Of a DNA stretch of 64,000 nucleotides, positions 56,512 to 64,000 are shown in pieces. The DNA is from Clostridiaceae bacterium (lineage in GTDB: Bacteria; Bacillota; Clostridia; Oscillospirales; QAMX01), in contig JAYFRF010000006.1 of assembly GCA_034926225.1 (NCBI GenBank), forward strand, positions 42,501 through 106,500, given 5' to 3'. The first letter of the stretch is position 1; each line of letters begins with the position of its first letter. The translations under genes and the position numbers were made by a program. Under the pieces are notes generated by a model that made no database searches, was not told the origin of the DNA, and saw only the letters and a list, made by a program, of their open reading frames with translations.

Positions 56512-58722
56512 TTATGGGTTCTCGTCCATCACGACCTGCCCTGAGTCCTCGGGCTTTGCCGCCATACCGGCGGCGGGCAGGGTCTTCACCCGATATCGCT
56601 TCGGATTTTGAAGGTGCGCGTCGGCAAACGTCAGCGCCCGCTCGAGCCTGTACTTCGCCGCAAACGTCATGACACTGATGCCCTGCGTGTCGCGCGACGC
56701 TTTCGGCGCAAGCATCGCCGTATGCAGCAGTAAAAGCTTCCCGTTTGTCGCGTACAGCGCGAATTCCGTGTCCTCCGTGAACGCAAATGCCGCGATCAGG
56801 GGAGATGCCGTCGAATACGCGCCCGTCAGGCGGCGGCGGTTCGACTTCGTCTCGTACGACTTCATCGGGACTCTCGCCGCCTTGCCGTTTTCGAAAACGA
56901 ACAGCAGCGAGCCTAGGTAATCCCCCGGCAGGAACGCGAGCACCGGGCGCTCACCGTCGTCCATCCCGAGCTTTTGCGGGATAAAATCGCCGAGTACGCT
57001 TGCTTTGCAGTCTTCAAACTCAGCGAGTGTCGCCTTATACGCCTGCGCGCGGTCTGTCAGGAAGATGATCTCCGCTGAGCTGCGCGTCTCGGCGCTCCAG
57101 CGCAGGTTATCGCCTTCCTTAACCTTCTGCTCGCCGGACATGCGCAGAGACTGCGGCGTGATCTTTTTAAAGTATCCCTCCCGCGTCAGGAACACGGTGA
57201 CGGGATAGTCGTTCTCCTCCTCGGGGATTTCCTCGATCTCCGAAGGCTCTAAAAGCATCGTGCGGCGCGGCTGGCCAAACTTTTTCGAGACAGCGGCGAG
57301 CTCCTTTAGGATGATCGCCTGCAGCTTCGTTTTGCTCTTGACCGTGGCTTCCAGCTCGTCAATCTCTTTCATTAACGCTTCGGTCTCCGCGACGCGTCCT
57401 AGGATATACGCGCGGTTGATGTTGCGTAAGCGTATCTCCGCAACATATTCCGCCTGCGCCTCGTCGATGCCGAATCCCACCATCAGGTTCGGGATGACGT
57501 CCTCTTCGCGCTCGGTGCCCCGGATGATCGCGATCGCACGGTCGATATCCAGCAGGATCTTCTCAAGGCCGAGGAGCAGATGCAGCCGCTCCTTCTTTTT
57601 CGTCATATCGTAAAAGACGCGGCGCTTCACACATTCGGTGCGCCAGGCGATCCACTCGGTAAGGATTTCGCCGACGCCGAGCACGCGGGGGTTGCCTGCG
57701 ATGAGGACGTTGAAGTTGCAGCCGAAGGTGTCCTCGAGCGGCGTCGTTTTGAAAAGTTTCTGCATCAGGCGGCCGGGATCCTGCCCGCGCTTCAAGTCGA
57801 TCGCGAGCTTGAGTCCCGAAAGGTCGGTCTCGTCGCGGATATCGGAGACCTCCTTCAATTTACCCGTCTTGATCATCTCCGCGCACTTGTCCATAACGGC
57901 TTCCACCGTCGTCGTATACGGCAGCTCGGTGATTTCGATGATATTGCCGTCGGCGCGCCACTTGGCGCGGACGCGAAAGGTACCTCGGCCCGTTTGGTAG
58001 ATGCGCAAAAGCTCGTCGCGGTCATACAGTAGAAGCCCTCCGGTGGAGAAATCGGGGGCGATAAGGGTCGAGAGCACGTCGTGGGCGGGGTTTTTGATCA
58101 TCGCTGCGGTCGTCGTGCAGACCTCGGCGAGGTTAAACGAGCAGATCATGCTCGCCATGCCGACGGCGATGCCCTGGTTGGGCGTGACGAGGATATGGGG
58201 GAAGGTCGTCGGCATAAGGGTCGGCTCGCGCATCGTATTGTCGTAATTCGGCACAAAATCCACGGCGTCGCAGTCGATATCGCGGAAAAACTCCGCGCAG
58301 ATGCCGTCGAGCCGTGCTTCCGTATAGCGGGCGGCGGCGTAGGCCATATCGCGGGAGTAGACGCGTCCGAAGTTGCCCTTAGACTCGATTAGAGGATGCA
58401 GGAGCGCGCCGTTACCACGCGAAAGGCGTACCATCGTCTCATAGATCGCCGCGTCGCCATGGGGGTTTAAGCGCATGGTCTGGCCGACGATGTTCGCCGA
58501 TTTCGTCAGGCTTCCGCCGAGCAGCCCCATCTTATACATGGTATAAAGGAGCTTCCGGTGGGAGGGTTTAAGCCCGTCGATCTCGGGGATGGCGCGAGAG
58601 AGGATGACGCTCATCGCGTAGGGCATGAAGTTATTGACAATCGTTTCGGTGATGGGTTGTTCGACGATCACCGCGGGCGCGGCAGTGTCGGCGCGATGGG
58701 AAGGGGGTTGCTTCTTGGCCAT
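56512..58722 (-). CDS. parC: Type IIA topoisomerase subunit A (ParC-like; no GyrA box seen)
   Basis: RAIPEIDGLKP, PHGD, AAARYTE catalytic Tyr, GIAVGMA, PDFSTGG. Confidence 0.8.
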   Translation of the reverse strand: MAKKQPPSHRADTAAPAVIVEQPITETIVNNFMPYAMSVILSRAIPEIDGLKPSHRKLLYTMYKMGLLGGSLTKSANIVGQTMRLNPHGDAAIYETMVRLSRGNGALLHPLIESKGNFGRVYSRDMAYAAARYTEARLDGICAEFFRDIDCDAVDFVPNYDNTMREPTLMPTTFPHILVTPNQGIAVGMASMICSFNLAEVCTTTAAMIKNPAHDVLSTLIAPDFSTGGLLLYDRDELLRIYQTGRGTFRVRAKWRADGNIIEITELPYTTTVEAVMDKCAEMIKTGKLKEVSDIRDETDLSGLKLAIDLKRGQDPGRLMQKLFKTTPLEDTFGCNFNVLIAGNPRVLGVGEILTEWIAWRTECVKRRVFYDMTKKKERLHLLLGLEKILLDIDRAIAIIRGTEREEDVIPNLMVGFGIDEAQAEYVAEIRLRNINRAYILGRVAETEALMKEIDELEATVKSKTKLQAIILKELAAVSKKFGQPRRTMLLEPSEIEEIPEEENDYPVTVFLTREGYFKKITPQSLRMSGEQKVKEGDNLRWSAETRSSAEIIFLTDRAQAYKATLAEFEDCKASVLGDFIPQKLGMDDGERPVLAFLPGDYLGSLLFVFENGKAARVPMKSYETKSNRRRLTGAYSTASPLIAAFAFTEDTEFALYATNGKLLLLHTAMLAPKASRDTQGISVMTFAAKYRLERALTFADAHLQNPKRYRVKTLPAAGMAAKPEDSGQVVMDENP

Positions 58723-58744
58723 AGTTTTTCCTTTATATAATATC

Positions 58745-59118
58745 TGATTATTTAGATCATACTTCCGGGGGACTTCTCGTCCCCCGGACCCCCGCGCCAG
58801 TATTCTTTCTGCGGGACGTGTCACTTCGTGACACTAAAGAATACTGGACAAGAAAGCACCTTTTTGGGGACGGGAGGAAAACGCCTGCGGGCGTTTTTTA
58901 TACGAAGGAGAGCAGATGATTACTAAACGTACCGATAAAGATGCATAACAGTAATCAGATGCTCTCCTTCGTCTAAGCGGCGCGAAGTCGCCGCTCGTCC
59001 CGGAGGGATACTTAAGGGGACTTCAGTCCCCTTAAGCGCGATTTCTTTGTTACTTTCTTTGCGCGTGCAAAGAAAGTAACCCGGAGGGTGCAGGGGGGCG
59101 GGAAGCGCCCCCTGCAAG
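58745..59118. repeat. Composite palindromic multi-hairpin element, copy D (core type II, inverted vs C)
   Basis: Arms and core match the reverse complement of copy C. Confidence 0.9.
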
Positions 59119-59156
59119 CTTCCCATTGCTTCCTGCCGGAAGCAATGGGAGGAGGC

Positions 59157-59921
59157 CTAACCGATGGCGTAAAACCGGGAAGCGTTACGGAAAGTCAGCT
59201 CCGCAGCCTCTTCATCGGGGATGCCGCGCAGTGCAGCGACGGTCTCGCAGGCGCGGTAGAGATACCGGGAGTCATTGCGGCGGCCGCGATAGGGCTCCGG
59301 CGCAAGGTAGGGGCAGTCCGTCTCGATGAGAATGGTTTCAGGCGGCAGGCTTTTGATAATCGGTTCGAACTTTTTGGCGTTTTTAAACGTGATAATACCG
59401 TTAAAGCCAAAGACAAACCCGAGTTTTAAGACGTCACGGGTCATTTCGAGGGAACCCGAATAGCTGTGGAACACGCCGCGCACGCCGGGGTGGGCGCGGA
59501 GGATGTCGAGAGTATCGGCGTGTGCCTCGCGGTCGTGGACGCAGACGGGAAGGTCAAGGTGCCGCGCCAGCTCGAGCTGACGGGCAAAGACCTCCTTCTG
59601 GACGGCGCGGGGGGCATACTCATAGTGGTAGTCAAGACCGATCTCGCCGACGGCGACGACCTTTTCATGGCGATAAAGGGCTTCGAGCGCGATAAAATCG
59701 TCCTCCGACGCCTCGTGTGCCTGCTGCGGATGCACGCCGACCGCGGCGTAGACAAAGGGATACTTTTCCGCAATGGTAATGGCGGTCTTTGCGCCGGAAA
59801 GGTCGCAGCCGATCTCGACGATGCGCTCGACACCAGACGCGTGCATCGAGGAAAGCACCTCGTCGCGGTCCTCGTCAAAGCGCTCGTCCTCGTAATGGGC
59901 GTGGGAATCGAACAGTCTCAT
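59157..59921 (-). CDS. tatD: TatD family hydrolase
   Basis: FDSHAH, GVHP, GEIGLDY, HDREA, ETDCPYL; follows metG. Confidence 0.95.
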   Translation of the reverse strand: MRLFDSHAHYEDERFDEDRDEVLSSMHASGVERIVEIGCDLSGAKTAITIAEKYPFVYAAVGVHPQQAHEASEDDFIALEALYRHEKVVAVGEIGLDYHYEYAPRAVQKEVFARQLELARHLDLPVCVHDREAHADTLDILRAHPGVRGVFHSYSGSLEMTRDVLKLGFVFGFNGIITFKNAKKFEPIIKSLPPETILIETDCPYLAPEPYRGRRNDSRYLYRACETVAALRGIPDEEAAELTFRNASRFYAIG

Positions 59922-59926
59922 CTTCC

Positions 59927-61879
59927 TTAGTGAATGGAGGAGCCTGCCGGGATGCCGTCGGCGAAGATTACACGCACATCGTTATCGCCGGCGTCGGCCG
60001 CGAGGAGCATCCCCTGACTCTCGACACCGCGCAGCACGGCGGGCTTGAGGTTTGCGACGATGATAACCGAGTGTCCGATGAGGTCTTCGGGCTTGTACCA
60101 CGGCGCGATGCCGGAGACGATCGTGCGGCCGACCTCTCCGTCGTCGAGCGTCAGCTTTAAGAGCTTTTTCGCTTTCGGCACCGGTTCGCAGGCGAGAATC
60201 TTCGCAACGCGCAGGGAGACCTTGGCAAAGTCCGCGATATCGATCATCGCGACGCCTTCGGGCTTTTCCGTTTCCGGCGCTTTCTTTTCCGGTTCCTTCT
60301 TTTCATTCTCGGCGGCATGGACCGCTGCGACTTGCTCGGCGAGCGCCTTCTCATCAATGCGGGCGAAGAGCGTTTCGGCGGTGCCGAGCGTCGTGCCGGC
60401 TTCCAGCGCGCCCCATGCGAGGGTTTCGATGCCCGCTTCGGGGAGGTTATACTGCGCGCGGATGCGCGCCGCGGTATCCGGCAGGAAGGGCGCGAGCAGC
60501 GCCGCGGCAAAACGGATGGACTCGATTAGGTTATAAATCACTGTCGCGAGCCTCGGACGGCTGTCCTCGGACTTCGCGAGCGTCCAGGGCGTCGTCTCGT
60601 CGATATATTTGTTCGTGCGGCGCAGGAGCGTCCAGATATCGTCGATGGCATCCGCGACATGGAGGGTTTTCATATCCTCGACGGCGTCGGCAAGGGCTTT
60701 TTCTGCGACAGCGCGCAGCTCGTCGTCGAGCGGGGCGCCTTCACCCGGCGCGGGGACGATGCTGTCGAAGTATTTAAGTGTCATGGCGTGAGTGCGGGAG
60801 ACGAGGTTGCCTAAAATATTCGCGAGGTCGCCGTTGTACCGGGTCATAATCTGCTCGTAGGTGAAGCTGCCGTCGGAGGCAAATGGCATCTCGCGCAGCA
60901 TGTAGTAGCGCGTTGCGTCGACGCCGAAAAGCTTCACAACCTGCTCGGCGTAAACGACGTTGCCCTTCGACTTTGACATTTTATCCTCGCCGAAAAGCAT
61001 CCACGGATGACCGAAAACCTGTTTCGGCAGCTCAACGCCGAGAGCCATCAGCATGATCGGCCAGTAGATCGTGTGGAAGCGGAGGATATCCTTGCCGATG
61101 AGATGGACGTTCGCGGGCCAGTACTTATTAAACAGCTCGCCCGAGTTGCCGTCGGGGTCATAGCCGAGGGCGGTGATATAGTTCGACAGCGCGTCGATCC
61201 AGACATAGATGACGTGTTTAGAGTCAAAGCTGACGGGGATACCCCAGTCAAAGGAGGTGCGGGAAACGCATAAATCCTGAAGCCCCGGGCGGATGAAGTT
61301 ATTGAGCATCTCGTTTTTGCGGCTTTCGGGTTGGATGAAGTCGGGATTGTCGAGGATATACTGTTCAAGGGCGGGGGCATATTTAGACATCTTAAAGAAG
61401 TAAGCCTCCTCCGACGCGCGTTCGACCTTCGCGCCGCAGTCGGGGCAGCAACCGTCCTTAAGCTGTGTTTCGGTGAAGAAGCTTTCGCAGGGCTTGCAGT
61501 AGTAGCCCTCGTAGGAGCCTTGATAGATATCGCCCTGATCGTAGAGCTTTTTAAAGATTTTCTGCACGATTTCCATATGGGAAGAGTTAGTCGTGCGGAT
61601 GAACTGGTCATACGAGACGTTCATAAAGTCCCAGATGCGGCGGATCTCTCCCGCGACGGCGTCGACATGCGCTTGAGGGGTCTGGCCTTCCGCTTTCGCC
61701 TGATCCTGAATCTTCTGGCCGTGCTCGTCGGTGCCGGTCAGGAAGTAGACGTCGAACCCTTGAGCGCGGCGGAAGCGGGCGATGGCGTCGGCAAGGACGG
61801 CTTCGTAGGTATTCCCGATATGAGGCACCTTCGACGTATACACGATAGCGGTGGTTATATAGAACTTTTTGCCGTTCAT
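59927..61879 (-). CDS. metG: Methionine--tRNA ligase (MetRS1 type with C-terminal tRNA-binding OB domain)
   Basis: PHIGN, GTDEHG, CKPC/CPDC knuckle, KMSKS, TPW, ESQGM; promoter TTGCAT-17-TATAAT at 61926-61954. Confidence 0.97.
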   Translation of the reverse strand: MNGKKFYITTAIVYTSKVPHIGNTYEAVLADAIARFRRAQGFDVYFLTGTDEHGQKIQDQAKAEGQTPQAHVDAVAGEIRRIWDFMNVSYDQFIRTTNSSHMEIVQKIFKKLYDQGDIYQGSYEGYYCKPCESFFTETQLKDGCCPDCGAKVERASEEAYFFKMSKYAPALEQYILDNPDFIQPESRKNEMLNNFIRPGLQDLCVSRTSFDWGIPVSFDSKHVIYVWIDALSNYITALGYDPDGNSGELFNKYWPANVHLIGKDILRFHTIYWPIMLMALGVELPKQVFGHPWMLFGEDKMSKSKGNVVYAEQVVKLFGVDATRYYMLREMPFASDGSFTYEQIMTRYNGDLANILGNLVSRTHAMTLKYFDSIVPAPGEGAPLDDELRAVAEKALADAVEDMKTLHVADAIDDIWTLLRRTNKYIDETTPWTLAKSEDSRPRLATVIYNLIESIRFAAALLAPFLPDTAARIRAQYNLPEAGIETLAWGALEAGTTLGTAETLFARIDEKALAEQVAAVHAAENEKKEPEKKAPETEKPEGVAMIDIADFAKVSLRVAKILACEPVPKAKKLLKLTLDDGEVGRTIVSGIAPWYKPEDLIGHSVIIVANLKPAVLRGVESQGMLLAADAGDNDVRVIFADGIPAGSSIH

Positions 61880-61980
61880 AACAAGCGTTTTCCTCAGCTT
61901 TCCTGAAAGATAGTATTCACTATGTATTATATCCCAAACACGGGAGGAATGCAAGGTCTTTATTGAAAAAGCGCGTTCTT

Positions 61981-62459
61981 TTCTGATACCTTGTCCTAAC
62001 TCAGACTTTGCAGGGGGCGTTTCGCCCCCCTGCACCTCCCGACCTCTTTCTTTGCGCGAGCAAAGAAAGAGGGAAAGAAAGCTCACTTAGGGGAACGAAG
62101 TTCCCCTAAGTACCCTTCCGGCGTTGCGCCGCCTGCGGTCGGCGCTTATACGAAGGTTTACCTTTCATCATATAAAAGTGCCGTCGTCTTCTGATCCTTG
62201 CCGAAAACTCACCCTTGTTCTCGGGTGGCATTTTCAGTTAGGACAGAAAACGACGGCGCTTTCTGTTTCATACAAGCTAAACTCCCGTATAAGCATCGCG
62301 AAGCGATGCCGTCTTCGGAAGGGTGCATAGGGGAACTTTAGTTCCCCTATGTGTGTTTCTTTTCCACTTTCTTTGCACAAGCAAAGAAAGTGGCTCGGAG
62401 GGTGCAGGGGGGCGAGAAGCGCCCCCTGCAAAGGTATGAGTTAGTATAAGGTATCAGAA
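61981..62459. repeat. Composite palindromic multi-hairpin element, copy E (core type I)
   Basis: Same architecture as A and B; outer IR reaches the stop codon at 62454. Confidence 0.92.
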
Positions 62460-63476
62460 ATCGAGCCGGCTCCCCTTCTGAGAACTTTCATAGACCGCGC
62501 GGATAAGCTCTATCGCCTTGCGCCCCTCGCGGGCGGTGACCATCGGGTCGTGATCATTTACGATGGCGTCGACCATGTCTTCGATCTGATCCTGATGACC
62601 CTTGGTGCTGAAGTTCATCGGGTCGGACGCGCCGCTGTCCGTAGGAACGCCGAGAGTGATCTCGTCGGGCTTCGGATAGTCCTTGATATCCCATTCGACG
62701 AAGTAGTCGTCGGAGATGGTGACGGTACCGGTGGTGCCGGAGATCGAGAGACGGCGGGAGTAGCCGGGGTAGATGGCGGTGGTCGCCTGGATAAGCCCGA
62801 GCGCGCCGGATTGAAACTCGACGGCGGAGACGACGGTATCCTCGACCTCGATTTTACGGTCAAGGGTACGGGCAATCCCGTAAACGGACTTGACAGGCCC
62901 GGCGAGGTAGCGCAAAAGGTCGACGGAATGGATGCCCTGATTCATCAGCGCGCCGCCGCCGTCCATTTTCCAGGTGCCTCTCCAGCCACCCTGGAGATAA
63001 TACTCCGGGGAGCGGTAGTATTTCATAAAGACATCAGCGGTGATGATTTTACCGAGCTTGCCGGAGTCGACCAGCCCCTTTAAAATCTTCGTCGAGTCCT
63101 TCATACGCGCCTGGAAGACGACGCCGACCTTGACATGGTTCTTGTCGGCCGCTTCGATGATGCGGTCTGCGTCCTCGCAGGTCAAGGCCATGGGCTTTTC
63201 AACGAGGACGTGCTTGCCCGCTTCGGCCGCGCGGACGGTGAGATCCGCGTGCAGGCCGCTAGGGGTGCAGATCGTCACGCAGTCGATTTTGGGATCTGCG
63301 AGCATCGCGTCGACGGAATCGTAAGCCGGTACGCCGAAGCGTTCGGAGAACTTCAGCGCGGAAGCGTGGAAAGCGTCCGCGACGCCGACGAGGTGCGCGC
63401 CGGACGCGTCATTTATCGCAATGCAGTGCCACGCGCCGATCGCGCCGCAGCCGATTACGCCAAATCCGATAGACAT
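62454..63476 (-). CDS. Gfo/Idh/MocA family oxidoreductase
   Basis: GVIGCGAIG, TPSGLH, VEKPM, GGGALMNQGIH, EVED. Confidence 0.93.
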   Translation of the reverse strand: MSIGFGVIGCGAIGAWHCIAINDASGAHLVGVADAFHASALKFSERFGVPAYDSVDAMLADPKIDCVTICTPSGLHADLTVRAAEAGKHVLVEKPMALTCEDADRIIEAADKNHVKVGVVFQARMKDSTKILKGLVDSGKLGKIITADVFMKYYRSPEYYLQGGWRGTWKMDGGGALMNQGIHSVDLLRYLAGPVKSVYGIARTLDRKIEVEDTVVSAVEFQSGALGLIQATTAIYPGYSRRLSISGTTGTVTISDDYFVEWDIKDYPKPDEITLGVPTDSGASDPMNFSTKGHQDQIEDMVDAIVNDHDPMVTAREGRKAIELIRAVYESSQKGSRLDF

Positions 63477-63802
63477 AAGTATAAAATCCTCCTAATAAAG
63501 GTGTATTACGCGATATCCTTTGTCGTATCTATTATAAGCGAATTCGCACAGCGATTTCAAACGCTTTTTGCGCGAAATCTGATACTATCGGACAATTTTG
63601 CGTTTCGGTGTGTTATACCCTCTTTATTATTCCGCTTGTTTACCGTATCAGCCATACCTGCGTGTCAAAATTATTTATATAATCGTAAATATTTTACTTT
63701 CTTACCTATCGGCGTTTTGGCAAATTGTCGCTTTACATTGCGTGCAGGACAGGGTATAATGGAAATTGGTATCGTATCATTACTGGAAAGGAGGAATCCC
63801 TT

Positions 63803-64000
63803 ATGTCGCTGCTGCGCGCGCTGTATATCTCCCGCTACTACCGGCAATCGGGCCAGAACGCCGATATTGAGCATCGCCATGACTTCTATCAGACCTTCCT
63901 CATCGCGCGTCCGACGGTGAAGCTACTCTCCGGCGGGAAACTGTATTCGATCGACCCTGAGCGCGAGCTGGTATTCGTGCGTCCGGGTGTGCCCCACGCG
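63803..64000 (+). CDS. Cupin/AraC-type regulator N-terminus (truncated by window edge)
   Basis: AGGAGG RBS; HRHDFYQ...FVRPGVPH. Confidence 0.75.
   Translation, partial: MSLLRALYISRYYRQSGQNADIEHRHDFYQTFLIARPTVKLLSGGKLYSIDPERELVFVRPGVPHA

Noticed and set aside
61880-62086. N-terminal extension of metG in the ORF track (likewise 58723-58824 for parC, 45188-45253 for typA, 51450-51557 for metK)
   Set aside because: Extensions run through repeat elements, promoters or riboswitches; better starts exist downstream
38480-62459. Repeat copies as CRISPR arrays or protein-coding ORFs (e.g. 38439-38687, 42891-43142, 53622-53840, 62124-62330)
   Set aside because: No repeat-spacer periodicity, no cas genes; frames are not conserved between copies

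Overview
GC-rich chromosomal segment of a spore-forming Clostridia (Oscillospiraceae/Eubacteriales-like) bacterium. It is mostly housekeeping genes: purL, rpsO-pnp-M16 peptidase, ireB, fchA-folD, tex, typA, dxs-tlyA-nadK-argR, SAM-I riboswitch-metK, nagA, parC-like, tatD, metG. Two tRNA pairs (Asp/Thr and Thr/Tyr) are each followed by a decayed, AT-richer island with integrase remnants. The most interesting signals: (1) five copies of a ~360-480 bp intergenic element made of two inverted arms with four covarying hairpins each, three with locus-specific outer inverted repeats; (2) an intact Met T-box driving a 174-aa MetRS2 derivative that lacks the catalytic core; (3) an integrase remnant whose putative catalytic Tyr codon lies inside the duplicated tRNA-Tyr att sequence; (4) an unannotated 26-aa, 4-Cys peptide with its own promoter, RBS, terminator and WalR-like boxes. 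No CRISPR array, rRNA or intact transposase/integrase was seen. All family assignments come from motif recognition by eye, not database searches.
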